Positions 1-9,954 of a DNA stretch of 64,000 bases are shown here, one piece after another. This DNA comes from an uncultured Planctomycetaceae bacterium. GTDB lineage: Bacteria > Planctomycetota > Planctomycetia > Planctomycetales > Planctomycetaceae. The notes under the pieces are model-generated. The model ran no database searches and was not told where the DNA came from. It worked only from the letters and a program-made list of their open reading frames with translations. The first letter of the stretch is position 1. Each line of letters starts with the position of its first letter. A program made the position numbers and the translations under genes. The stretch spans positions 256,001 through 320,000 of the forward strand of contig CAWFAK010000016.1 in the NCBI GenBank assembly GCA_963813715.1, read 5' to 3'.

Positions 1-2287
1 CGCATCCTGTTGTGAACGAACGCGGAGCCGCGAATGTGACACGCGCCCCGGACCTAACTCTCACGGCGAAATACGCTGCACCCGATACGTCGGTACGTTC
101 AAGCGGGCGACGACTTGAGCCGGTCACGCCCACGCTCGCACCTTCAAACGCTGTGTCCTCTATCCCGTCGGCGGCCTCCACCGTGACACCGATTCATTTG
201 ATGGATGGGTTGGCTTATCTGATGGATGCGTTAGCCGCCATCTGGATCGCGGGCACTTTTCTCTACGTTGCTGTCACCGCAGTCCGGGTGAGGCGGTTTG
301 CACGGGCAGCGCGACGATCCCAATCTCCCGCCCCGAACTGGCTCAAAGATGAGATTGTCGACATTGCGAAGAGAATCCGCTTACGACGGGCACCGCGACT
401 GATGGTCATCGAAGGGGCGGTGCCGCCGATGGTCTGGTCCGGCTGGCGGCCTACGCTCTTGCTGCCGCGAGCAATTGTCCAGTCGATCGACCCCTCGCAG
501 CGTCGACTGCTCCTGCTGCACGAACTGTTGCATCTCCGTCGCGGCGATCATCTCGTCCGCTGGTTCGCAGTCGGGGTCCTGGCCCTTTACTGGTGGAACC
601 CGGCCGCCTGGTGGGCCGTTCGTCGGCTGCAGAACGCGGAAGAAGAATGCTGCGACGCGAACGTCCTTTTCTTCGACCCGCACCAATTCGAGACCTACGG
701 CGAAGCTCTGCTGGCGGTGTCTGAATTCGTCTCCTGCGGTTCTCTGCCCGCGGCGGCCGTCTCGGTGGGCGTCGAGCGCAAAAATCATCTGAAGTGGAGA
801 ATGACCATGATTCTCAAGGGGTCGCGATGGGCTAAATTGACAAAGGCTCAATTGGCTGCCGTGCTCGCTTCAGCAGTCATTATCGTCACAGTCTCGTTGA
901 CATTTGCGACGGGTCAAACTGGGCCCGCGAGCGAAAACGATTCGAGAGCCCAAGCTCCGCCGTCAACATCTCGGGCGACATCGGGGCAGCCCAGCGAGGC
1001 CGCCTGGAATCCTGCCACGGCGGCCAAAAACTCCAAGCTCGAGCCGGCGAAACGGCCCCGGGGAGTCGAGACGAAGCGTCCGGCCGACCAGCTCGCTGCC
1101 TGGCTGACTGCCAAACCGTTGGAAGCGGCCTCTGGCGATGACGAATTACACAAGCTGCTCAAGGATCGCTACAACTCGGCCCTCGAGTCGCTGCAAGGCC
1201 ACGTTGCAAGGACCAGAGTCGATCCCGCGGTGGCGCTGACGCCGGTGATCGCCGCGGCCCGCACGCTGCTCGAAGCCGAACTTGCGATTACATCACCAAA
1301 GAACACAGTAGGTGTCTATGAGCGCAATTTGGAATTCATGAGGAATTTTGACGACCTCGTCGAGAAGAGGTGGAAAACCGGCAACATTGGCTTCGACGAG
1401 GTCAACGCCGTGCGTGCCGCGAGGCTGGGTGCCCAGATCAAGCTGCGAGACTTCGTCGCTTCCACGGACAACACGCGGCCACGCTCGGCTGGATTGCCTG
1501 CCCCGACGAATCCGCAGCCAGCAGGGCACGCTGGGACGACCGCGTCGGAACCGGACTTGGTGAAGGCCAAATCGCTCGAGCCGGCGCCGGGGGACAGCGA
1601 GCTGCAGAAGCTGCTGAAAGAGAGATACAACGCCGCCTTAAGTTACCTGCGACGAAGTTATCGCCGCTTCCATGCGATGGAGTGGACGCCAGAGAGCGCT
1701 TTGGATGCGGGGCGGCGAGTTGTCGATGCGGAACTGGCTTTCAGCGCTGCACCGGCTGCCGAGATCGGCGTGCGCGAGCGTTATTTGGAATTCGCCAAAT
1801 TGGTCGACTCTCAGGCTCAGAAAATGGCGGCGACCGGCCAGATGCGGCAGGAGGATGCCGATGCGGCGCACGAAGCGCGGCTGGACGCCGAAATCAAGTT
1901 GATGCAGGCGAGAGCAATTTCTCCGCCGCGGCCACGGCGAACCGGGGCATTCGTCCAATCACTGGAAATCCGCGTGCGAATCGCAGAAGCGGAGCTGAAC
2001 GCAGTTCGTGCTGTCGTGGAGCAGAGTCAAGCCGAAATGAAGCGCGCGATGGCGAACCTCGAATACCGGCGGATACAGCTCGATCGCCTGCAGAAATTAC
2101 AGAAACAAAAGGCGATCGGCAGGATCTCGTTGATGAAGCCAAACACGCGTGTGATGAGGCGACAGCGAGCGTAGATGTGGCAAATGCGTCGATCGAGGCG
2201 GCCAAGGCGCAGGTCGCGATCAAGGATGGCCAATTGGAACAGGCGAAACTGGAACGCGAAAAGGCAAAGGCAGCCGAGGGTAAGTAG
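1..2287 (+). CDS. BlaR1/M56 family metallopeptidase with C-terminal helical repeats and coiled coil (5' end outside window; frameshift near 2120)
   Basis: ORF 12..2174 has a TM segment, PTLLLP, HELLHLRRGD (HExxH), YWWNP and EEECCDA, all typical of M56. The C-terminal coiled coil continues in frame 1370..2287 (VDEAKHACDEATASVDVANASIEAAKAQ). Confidence 0.85.
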
Positions 2288-2375
2288 AATCGGCGACAAC
2301 CAGCCGCTGGGACTGCGAGCCGAGACTCGGTGTCCTCGGGCACTCGAGCGGCCCTATCATCCCGACCGCACTCGA

Positions 2376-2976
2376 ATGCCAACTCTCAAAGGCGCCCTGC
2401 ACACTCACACCACTTGCTCCGACGGCCAGCTCGAGCCGGAGGAGCTCGTGCGAGTTTATCGGGAGCTGGGCTTTCAGTTCGTGGCCATCACCGATCACGA
2501 TCACCTCTTGCGTCGCGACTATTGGGACCGCCTGCCGACGGGCGATGCCGACTTTCTGGTCTTCAAGGGGGTCGAGCTGACGGTCTTCGAGCGGGGCTAC
2601 GTGCACGTGGGCGAAATTCGTGGCGACAGCGAAACGCTGCGAATCTTCAATCACCCGTCGATTTACAACATGTCGGTCGAAAAAGTGATCGACGTGTTGG
2701 CCGCGATCGACAAACGCCTCGCGATCGATTGCGTCGAGGTCACGCACCACGGCCGCTACACGCCGCAATTCGACATCCCCGAGCTTCGCCTATCCCAAGA
2801 TCGTCTCCGACGACGCCCATTCGCGCGAAATGTGCGGCCGCGCCTGGGTCACGGTCGACTGTACGCTCGAGAAGGACACGATCCTGCGCGAAATCCGTGC
2901 AGGCCGGGCGACGAATTGGCTGCAAGGCAAGAGTCTGGGTGCTGCGGCCGCGTCGGTCGACGAAGCCGTCGATTGA
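2376..2976 (+). CDS. PHP-domain metal-dependent phosphoesterase (frameshift near 2790)
   Basis: LHTHTTCSDG, AITDHD, GVE and NHP motifs; after the shift the frame reads YPKIVSDDAHS, the terminal DxH motif of PHP domains. Confidence 0.8.
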
Positions 2977-3049
2977 CTCGCTCGGCCGCCGTATGTTCCA
3001 CTGGACCACCACGTCGGCCGCTCTGAGTTTCGAGACGAACTGAATCCCC

Positions 3050-4177
3050 ATGCCCCCACGTGTCGCGATCTGCGCTATCGCGCAATCGAAATATGTCCGC
3101 GATCGCTGGCAGGATCGCGTGCAGGGTATGTGTTGGGAAGTGGTGCAGCAGATCGTCCGGGCGACGGGCGTCGATCTGGCGGGGGAGGACGTCGGTGCGG
3201 TCGTTTCCAATTCGGACGATTTCTTCGATTGCCGCACGATCTCCGATAGCGCGATCACCGATGTCGTCGGCGCGCATTTCAAGTGCGAGGAGAAAGTCGC
3301 GCAGGATGGGGCGCAGGCCGTCTATTACGGTTATGCGAACGTGGCGTCCGGTTCGAGCGACGTCGTGCTGGTCGTCGGCCACTCCAAGGAGAGCCAGGTC
3401 GGCGACCGCAACCTGATCACGCACGCGGCGTTCGACCCGTTCTATACGCGGCCCGTCGGGCTCGATTATCTCGCGGCGGCCGCCTTACAGGCCGACGCCT
3501 TTCTGCGGCGGTTCGGCATCACCGATGCCGAGTTGGCGCGGCTCGTGTGCCAGCAGCGGGCGAAGGCGGCGCGCAATCCGCTCGCCAATGAACGCACGCC
3601 GCTCTCGCCCGCGGACGTGGCGGCCAGCCCGATGCTCGCCGATCCGCTGCGGGAGGCGTATGTCTATCCACGCTCGGATGGCGCCGTCGCCATGATCCTG
3701 GCGAGCGAAGACCGCGCGCGGCACCTGACGGACAAGCCCGTGTGGATTACGGGCCTGGGTTCATCGATCGACAGCTTTTTTCTGGGCGACCGCGATTTGT
3801 CCGAGTCGGCCAGCCTGCGACAAGCCGCCGGCCGCGCCTATCGGATGGCGAACATCGGCCAGCCGCAAACCGCGTTTGACGTTCGCGAGTTGTCGGACCC
3901 GTACGCCCATCAGTTGCCGCTGTGGGCCTGGCAACTAGGACTCACCGAGGATCCCAAGCGGTGGCTGGCCGGCGATCTCGCGCGGTTTAATCCCTCCGGC
4001 GGCAGTCTGGCGGGCACGCCGCAAGTCGTCAGCGGTCTGGCACGCACGGCCGAGGCCGTTTTGCAGTTGCGGAACGAAGCCGGCGATCGACAGATTCCCG
4101 GCGCAAAGCGGGCGTTGGCTCACGGCACCACGGGGCCGGCCGGTCAGCAGCATTGTGTCGTGGTGTTGGAAACCTAG
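3050..4177 (+). CDS. Thiolase-fold protein, Ltp4-like (SCP-x type, no catalytic Cys)
   Basis: DPFYTRP, DPLR..SDGAVAMILA, PVWITG, NPSGGSLAG and ALAHGTTGPAGQQ match my recollection of actinobacterial Ltp4. Confidence 0.8.
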   Translation: MPPRVAICAIAQSKYVRDRWQDRVQGMCWEVVQQIVRATGVDLAGEDVGAVVSNSDDFFDCRTISDSAITDVVGAHFKCEEKVAQDGAQAVYYGYANVASGSSDVVLVVGHSKESQVGDRNLITHAAFDPFYTRPVGLDYLAAAALQADAFLRRFGITDAELARLVCQQRAKAARNPLANERTPLSPADVAASPMLADPLREAYVYPRSDGAVAMILASEDRARHLTDKPVWITGLGSSIDSFFLGDRDLSESASLRQAAGRAYRMANIGQPQTAFDVRELSDPYAHQLPLWAWQLGLTEDPKRWLAGDLARFNPSGGSLAGTPQVVSGLARTAEAVLQLRNEAGDRQIPGAKRALAHGTTGPAGQQHCVVVLET

Positions 4178-4186
4178 GAGACGCCG

Positions 4187-5401
4187 ATGCCCCGCAAGAC
4201 TCGTCCGGTGGCAATTGTCGGCGTCGGCCAAACGCGGCACTCGAGCCATCGCGAGGACGTGAACCAGCCGGAGCTGATCCACGAAGCGGTCCGCCGGGCG
4301 ATCGACGATGCCGGAGTGTCGCTGGACGACATCGATGCCGTCGTCACCGGCAACATGGAAATGTTCGAGGGGACGCATCAGCCCGACATGTGGCAGGTGC
4401 TGGGAAACGGAGCGTGGGGCAAGCCGTGCCTGCGCGTATCCACCGGCGGCACCACCGGCGCCACGGTGTTCGGTGCGGCTGACAATCTCGTCGCCTCCGG
4501 CCTGCACGACGTGGTGCTGGCCATCGGCTTCGAGAAGCAGCAAGAGGGCCACACGACCGGCGGCATTACGGCGATGGCCGATCCGCTCTGGGCGCGGCAT
4601 CTGCAAACGGGCGCACTGACCGGGATGGCCGCGCTCGAAGTGATCGACGAATTCGGGCTGGAGCGGGCGCGGCGGGCGGCCATGCGCTACCGGGTGATTA
4701 TGGATCAGCACGCGGCCAAGAACGCCAACGCCCACCGCCGCTTCAATCTGTCGTTCGACATGATCGACGACCTGATGCAAAAGTCGCCGCCGCTCGTGGG
4801 CGAACTGCGGTTGATCCACATGTGCTCGCAGTCGGACGGAGCGGGGGCAATGATTTTCGCCTCAGCCGAGCGGGCCGCCGCAATCAATCGGCGGCCGCCC
4901 GTGTGGGTGCAGGACCACGTGACTGTCCATCGCGAGGAGACGCTGTCGCTCTCCGGCGTGCCTACTTACGACGCGCACGGAAAACTGGAAACGACGACCC
5001 AGCGCCGCGCGGCCGAGATTTTGTTCGCCCGCAACGCCATTGCCCGCCCGGCCGAGGAGATCGATGTCTTTGAGATGTACGACCCCAGCGCCTGGTGGGG
5101 CCTGAGTTGGATTCGCGATTTTCTGCTGCTGGAAGGGGACGAGCATCTCCAGATGGTCGAGCGCGGCGACATTGCAATCGAAGGCCGCTTTCCGATTAAT
5201 CCCTCCGGCGGCGTCACGGCGACCAACCCGATCGGCGCCACTGCCCTGCTCCGTCCGCTCGAGGCCGCACTGCAAATTCGCGGCGACGCCGGCGCTCACC
5301 AGGTGCCTCGCCCCGTGCGCAAAGCACTGGCCTCTGGCTTTGGCGGAACACTGTGGACCGTGCTGATGCTGTTGTCGAAAGATAAGCCCGATGGTTTTTG
5401 A
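4187..5401 (+). CDS. Thiolase-fold protein, Ltp3-like
   Basis: GVGQT, GKPCLRVSTGGTTG, GFEKQQE, SDGAGAM, EIDVFEMYDP and PINPSGGV.ATNPIGA match my recollection of Ltp3. Confidence 0.82.
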   Translation: MPRKTRPVAIVGVGQTRHSSHREDVNQPELIHEAVRRAIDDAGVSLDDIDAVVTGNMEMFEGTHQPDMWQVLGNGAWGKPCLRVSTGGTTGATVFGAADNLVASGLHDVVLAIGFEKQQEGHTTGGITAMADPLWARHLQTGALTGMAALEVIDEFGLERARRAAMRYRVIMDQHAAKNANAHRRFNLSFDMIDDLMQKSPPLVGELRLIHMCSQSDGAGAMIFASAERAAAINRRPPVWVQDHVTVHREETLSLSGVPTYDAHGKLETTTQRRAAEILFARNAIARPAEEIDVFEMYDPSAWWGLSWIRDFLLLEGDEHLQMVERGDIAIEGRFPINPSGGVTATNPIGATALLRPLEAALQIRGDAGAHQVPRPVRKALASGFGGTLWTVLMLLSKDKPDGF

Positions 5402-5441
5402 AGGGGCAGGCGACACTCGTCTACGTAAATCTCAGGATAAG

Positions 5442-5447
5442 TATAAT
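5442..5447 (+). promoter_or_regulatory. Putative sigma70 -10 box of the toxin/immunity insert
   Basis: Perfect TATAAT in an AT-rich patch upstream of the toxin ORF; no convincing -35. Confidence 0.4.
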
Positions 5448-5518
5448 TAAGCGTCAGGTTGGCTCGATGGAGTCGCCACTCGTTTCTGCAAGTACTCGAA
5501 CCTCCCGCAAGTGTTCAA

Positions 5519-5770
5519 ATGCCGCGATCAGGTGATCTGCCGAAAACAGGGAACCCGAATTCGTCGAGAGAAAGGCGCGACAGGAAAGGGAACCTTATTC
5601 AAAGGCGACACTACGGTGGCGACGGAAAAGCGATTATCAACATTGATTTCGATCACGATCATGGTGCAGGAAAGCCACATGCACATGATTGGGATTGGAC
5701 GCAAGATTCAGAGGGGGTTCGTCTACCGGGCCGCCCCTTGACGGCCAAGGAAAAGAAGACAAACAAATGA
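5519..5770 (+). CDS. Stand-alone polymorphic toxin tip, Ntox24-like (predicted nuclease); alternative TTG start at 5459
   Basis: LPKTGNPNSS...GNLIQRRHYGGDGKAIINIDFDHDHG..KPHAHDWDW resembles Y-x-x-x-G / D / H / PHxH toxin tips. Region is low-GC. Confidence 0.6.
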   Translation: MPRSGDLPKTGNPNSSRERRDRKGNLIQRRHYGGDGKAIINIDFDHDHGAGKPHAHDWDWTQDSEGVRLPGRPLTAKEKKTNK

Positions 5771-6288
5771 GCACAAAAATAGTGTCCTACGAAAAGTACG
5801 TCGCCGGCTGGCTGGATAGCTCAATTCACGATTTTCTTGACGTCCTTCCATCGGGAGACAGTACCAAGTACGCGCTGATTACCTGTATTGACAGCAATCT
5901 AGACCCGGCTTCGCTGCGCAATTCGAGCCCAGAGCTGAAATCGATCGCAAGCAAAACAGAGGTTGTAGGGAAGGGGTTGCTGCTACCTACGAAACTGCTG
6001 CTTGAGGCTGATTCGACCAAGCGGATACTCTTCGGTTTCGATGAACTGTGGTTTTTTCCGGAAAAGAGCGTTCGGCCTAAACCGCCCTCGGTGTGCTTGG
6101 TTGGGCCAGCACGACTCAATCGAGCGCGACTTGGCAAAGTCGGTAAGTGGATGGCGGAGAATTCTTGCTCGTTGGGGTTGGGTGGGGGAGAAGGACTAAA
6201 TTTTGTCGTTCGAGCCCAAGGGCTGGTTAAAGTTTTACTAGGGTACTCCATTGAGCAGCCTGAGTCCGACTTAGCTCCGACGACTTGA
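5767..6288 (+). CDS. Hypothetical protein, putative cognate immunity/antitoxin (173 aa)
   Basis: ATG overlaps the toxin TGA (ATGA at 5767-5770); same low-GC composition; globular sequence with ITCIDS, FGFDELWF and GLGGGEGLN. Confidence 0.55.
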   Translation: MSTKIVSYEKYVAGWLDSSIHDFLDVLPSGDSTKYALITCIDSNLDPASLRNSSPELKSIASKTEVVGKGLLLPTKLLLEADSTKRILFGFDELWFFPEKSVRPKPPSVCLVGPARLNRARLGKVGKWMAENSCSLGLGGGEGLNFVVRAQGLVKVLLGYSIEQPESDLAPTT

Positions 6289-6314
6289 TTGGAAAGCGCG
6301 TGCAGGAATCTCGG

Positions 6315-6809
6315 ATGCCTCCTAAAAAACTCTCGGCCGAGCTGGTGCATCGCGAACACATGGCCCGCTTCCCGCAGCGCTGGTCGACCGGGCCGGTGAT
6401 GGGCAAGTTCCTCAAGGCGCTTCGCGATGAGAAGCGCATTATGGCGAACGTGTGCCCGCGCTGCGGCCGCTCGCAGGTGCCCCCGCGCGAAGTGTGCGCC
6501 GTCTGCCGCGTCGCTGCGACCCAGTTTGAAGAAGTCGGGCCAGCAGGGACGCTCCGCAACTTCGACGTCGTCTATTACGCCAGCCCGGATCCGGTCACCG
6601 GCCAGGGCCGCGAAGTGCCTTATGCTACGGCCTACGTTGAGCTGGACGGCGCCAAGGGCGGAGCGACGTTCTGGCACGAGTTGCACGAGACGGACATGAC
6701 CAAGCTAAGGCGCGGCCTCCGCGTGCGGGCTGTCTTCGAGGAGGACGGCAAACGGACGGGTGCGATCACCGACATCAAGTACTTCGAGATCATCGAGGGA
6801 GAGGCGTGA
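6315..6809 (+). CDS. Zn-ribbon/OB-fold (DUF35) acyl-CoA-binding protein
   Basis: CPRCGRSQVPPREVCAVC zinc ribbon followed by an OB fold (PYATAYVELDG, GLRVRAVF). Confidence 0.85.
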   Translation: MPPKKLSAELVHREHMARFPQRWSTGPVMGKFLKALRDEKRIMANVCPRCGRSQVPPREVCAVCRVAATQFEEVGPAGTLRNFDVVYYASPDPVTGQGREVPYATAYVELDGAKGGATFWHELHETDMTKLRRGLRVRAVFEEDGKRTGAITDIKYFEIIEGEA

Positions 6810-7261
6810 TGGCCGCCGAGTCCGACGCCTTTGTGGTCGAGGGGACGTTTGCCCTGCCTTACAACTATTTCGCGGGCCGCGTTGGCAGCACGTGGCTCGT
6901 GGCGTTGCGCGACGAGCAGAAAATCTACGGCGTGCGTCATCCCCAAACGGGCAAGGTCTTCGTCCCGCCGCGGCAGGTCGACGAAAAAGACTTCACCGAC
7001 CTCACCGGCGATTGGGTCGAAGTCGGTCCCGAGGGGCGGGTCACCGGCTTCACGGTCATCCGTTATCGCGAGCCTTACCAGCCGCTGCCGGTGCCGTTTG
7101 GTCTCGCCCTGATTCAGCTCGACGGAGCCGATACGTCGCTTGTGCACGTCGTGCGCGGGGAAGACTTGGGGCAACTGTCGGTCGGTCGGAGAGTCCGGGC
7201 CGTCTTTGCCCGCGAACGCAAAGCCACGATCCTCGACATTGCTCACTTCGCGCCCGTCTGA
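6809..7261 (+). CDS. Second DUF35/OB-fold protein lacking zinc-ribbon cysteines
   Basis: GVRHPQTGKVFVPPRQVD, WVEVGPEGRVTGFT, PFGLALIQLDGADT and GRRVRAVF; start abuts the upstream stop. Confidence 0.8.
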   Translation: MAAESDAFVVEGTFALPYNYFAGRVGSTWLVALRDEQKIYGVRHPQTGKVFVPPRQVDEKDFTDLTGDWVEVGPEGRVTGFTVIRYREPYQPLPVPFGLALIQLDGADTSLVHVVRGEDLGQLSVGRRVRAVFARERKATILDIAHFAPV

Positions 7262-7296
7262 CCGCCGGCGACTTGCTTGCGATCGCTGTGGCGACG

Positions 7297-7938
7297 TCAA
7301 ACGCAGATTTCGACCTCGCGAAATTTGAACGGCGTCCGCTCGAATTGGGCGGCGAGGTACTTGAGCGTCTTCCACCGCGTGGCGTGAGTGGGGCTCTCGT
7401 ATTTCGGTTCGTCCTTGGGCAGGTTGAGCAGCAAGCTCTTCTGGATGAGCATCGCCCGAATCTTGCGGGTGCGAACTTCGCCGGCCGATTCGCTCGTCAG
7501 GCACATCACGTAGCGCACCGTGGTCACGGGCAAACCCATGTCGCGGCGGATCTGGCCGTCGGCGAATTTTTCGCCCACCTTGTTGAGGACGGAGTTCAAG
7601 TAGTACCAGTAGTCGTGCTCGGGCAACTCCAAGAGGGGATCGTCAGCCGTGGTATGGCGAGCGGCGGCGACCAGGGTCGACACGGCAACAGAATTCAGAA
7701 AAACTTCCAGGCAGCTTTCCTCGGCGATCGTGCGAATCATCAGCGTGCCGTCGCGAATCTCGTTGAGCGAGATGTTCAAGCGGTCGAAAAACTCGCGTCG
7801 ACCCCATTGGGCGCGCTCGCGGCGGCGGCCCAAAAACCAGCTGACTGCCGCAATGAGGGCGGCGTACAAGAACTTCGTCCAGTGGTCGTGCAGCGTGTCC
7901 CAGACGACGTTCAGAAACTCGCGAAGGTTGTGTTGCAT
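7297..7938 (-). CDS. Hypothetical protein with one N-terminal TM helix
   Basis: 213-aa ORF with coding-like composition, directly downstream of the RDD gene. Confidence 0.65.
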   Translation of the reverse strand: MQHNLREFLNVVWDTLHDHWTKFLYAALIAAVSWFLGRRRERAQWGRREFFDRLNISLNEIRDGTLMIRTIAEESCLEVFLNSVAVSTLVAAARHTTADDPLLELPEHDYWYYLNSVLNKVGEKFADGQIRRDMGLPVTTVRYVMCLTSESAGEVRTRKIRAMLIQKSLLLNLPKDEPKYESPTHATRWKTLKYLAAQFERTPFKFREVEICV

Positions 7939-8750
7939 CAGCCCAGCCTCCGCGATTCGCGGCGGTAAATGGCGGAGAGCAACTCGAAGAGAAATTCCTC
8001 GCGGTCGGCCGCGCTCGGAGACGGGGCGGCCAGCCGCTTGGCCAGTGGCTCGACCATGCGGTCCATCAGGATTGTGCGCTGCCGGTCGGTGAGCGTGGGC
8101 CAGCGGTCCAGGATCTGTTCGAGCGCCTCGACGTCGGTCGGCCGCGTGCGGTTCAGCATGGCAGAGTCGAAACGGAAGCGGCTCTCCGCGGCCTCGCGGG
8201 CGGTCAGCCGGGCCCGCAAATCGCCGATGCCGTCCTCGGTCTCGGCCACGACGAGCGTGCCGGACACCATGTCGCCGAAGCGCTGGCTGCGGCTGGAAAG
8301 CAGCGGCACGATCCAGAGCACGGGAATCTGGTCGACGAGGCGAAACACGTTGCGGACGAGAACGCTGCCCGCGTCGAGAGCGAAGCCGTCGGCTTTCACC
8401 ACCCGCAGCCCGCAGGTCCGCTTACCGTACGTCTGGCCGCGGACGAACAGCTCACTCGCCGTGAAGTAGATCAAGCTGCCCAGCTGCATCGCCAGCATCC
8501 CGAACGCGAGACAAAACGCAGTGAACTCCTGCTGCGAAACCGGACTGCGGACCCCCAGTTTGCGCGACAGGCTGTCGACCGACACATCGGCGGCAGCGCC
8601 CAACACGAGCGCGGCGAACGAAATCCCGATCGCGACGAGGATCACGAAAAGGCAGTCGAGCGCCCAGGCGCAATACCGCGTGCCGAGTCCCGCCGTTCGA
8701 TAGGCGATCTGGACGTTTTCCGGCGTCTCGAACAGGACCTGGCTGGCCAT
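7938..8750 (-). CDS. RDD family membrane protein
   Basis: ETPENV, AGLGTRYCAWALD, GQTYGKR..GLRVV, RNVFRLVD and QRFGDMVSGTLVV. Confidence 0.9.
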   Translation of the reverse strand: MASQVLFETPENVQIAYRTAGLGTRYCAWALDCLFVILVAIGISFAALVLGAAADVSVDSLSRKLGVRSPVSQQEFTAFCLAFGMLAMQLGSLIYFTASELFVRGQTYGKRTCGLRVVKADGFALDAGSVLVRNVFRLVDQIPVLWIVPLLSSRSQRFGDMVSGTLVVAETEDGIGDLRARLTAREAAESRFRFDSAMLNRTRPTDVEALEQILDRWPTLTDRQRTILMDRMVEPLAKRLAAPSPSAADREEFLFELLSAIYRRESRRLG

Positions 8751-8880
8751 CGTAATCTCGGAGCGGCAAACTAAAATGCTCGCGGCCGGATGTACAGCAA
8801 GCACCGAGCCGCTGGACGTCACGCGTGCGGTTCCGGTTTCGGCCGGTGTGCTGGTCTTCCTTGCAGCGAGAGTAACCATA

Positions 8881-9897
8881 ATGGCCGACTTTGTGACACG
8901 CAATCGGCCGGATTGGGACGAATTGGAGCAGCTCTTGGCCCGCGGCCGCCGCTCCGTCGGACGACTTTCGCCGGAAGAGCTGAATCGTTTGGACGTGCTC
9001 TATCGTCGCGTGGCCGTGCACCTGGCACAGGTCCGCACGCGGACACGCGACGAGCGCCTGGCCGCGTATCTCAATCAACTCGCGGCGGCCGCGCACACCC
9101 TGATCTACTTGCCGCCGCGGCAGGGACTCCTGAAGCGGATGGCCCTGTTCGCCGTGCTGGGTTTTGCCGAATGCGTGGCCCGCAACTGGCGGATGCACGC
9201 GATCTCGGCCGGACTGCTCGTGGCAGGGGCCGTGCTGGCTTACCACGCGGCGAGCAACGACGTGCTGGCGGCGTACGCCCTGGCGCTTCCCGGCGACGCG
9301 CGTTTGCCCGGCACGCCTCCCGAGCGGCTGCTGCAATACCTCCGTCAGGGGCGGGACCTGGAATCGGGTGGCAAGTCGTTCTTCGCGTCCTTCTTATTTT
9401 CGCACAACCTCAAGGTGGGGCTCCTGTCGATGGGCTTGGGAGTGCTGGCCGGTGTGCCCACCGTCATCCTCACGCTCTACAACGGTATGATGGTGGGGAC
9501 CTTTCTGTCGCTCTACTTCAAGGCGGGGCTAGGGGTCGAATTCTGCGCCTGGATCCTGCCGCACGGCATCACGGAGCTGTCGGCGATCGTGCTTTGCGGC
9601 GGCGCGGGACTGGTATTGGCCCGAGCCGTGGTCAGCCCCGGACTGCAAACGCGGGCCGAAGCGCTGGTCGATGCGGGAGCCGAAGCGGCACGCACGGCTG
9701 TCGGCATCGCCGGGATGCTCGCGATGGCGGCGTTTATCGAAAGTTTTGTGCGGCAGAGCCACCTGACAACGAATGAACGCTTCGTCTACGCCGGTCTGAC
9801 AGCACTTTTTTGGACGGTCTACTTCGCTCAAGGCTTCCTGTGGCGGACGGGACCCGACGATCCGTCGCTCGCTGAGGCGACAGCGAAAGCGACTTGA
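8881..9897 (+). CDS. Stage II sporulation protein M (SpoIIM/DUF95)-like membrane protein
   Basis: FVTRNRPDWDELE, LFSHNLKVG, LYNGMMVG, WILPHGITEL and AAFIESF. Confidence 0.9.
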   Translation: MADFVTRNRPDWDELEQLLARGRRSVGRLSPEELNRLDVLYRRVAVHLAQVRTRTRDERLAAYLNQLAAAAHTLIYLPPRQGLLKRMALFAVLGFAECVARNWRMHAISAGLLVAGAVLAYHAASNDVLAAYALALPGDARLPGTPPERLLQYLRQGRDLESGGKSFFASFLFSHNLKVGLLSMGLGVLAGVPTVILTLYNGMMVGTFLSLYFKAGLGVEFCAWILPHGITELSAIVLCGGAGLVLARAVVSPGLQTRAEALVDAGAEAARTAVGIAGMLAMAAFIESFVRQSHLTTNERFVYAGLTALFWTVYFAQGFLWRTGPDDPSLAEATAKAT

Positions 9898-9954
9898 ACA
9901 AAACGGATCGAAGAGGAAGAAGAGAAAAGGCACCGCCTTCTGCGTGCGCGGCTC

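Noticed and set aside
5395..6315. Target-site duplication or terminal repeats around the toxin/immunity insert
   Set aside because: I found no convincing direct or inverted repeat at the junctions by eye.
8881..9897. Sporulation function
   Set aside because: SpoIIM-like/RDD pairs are widespread in non-sporulating bacteria, and no other sporulation genes are present.
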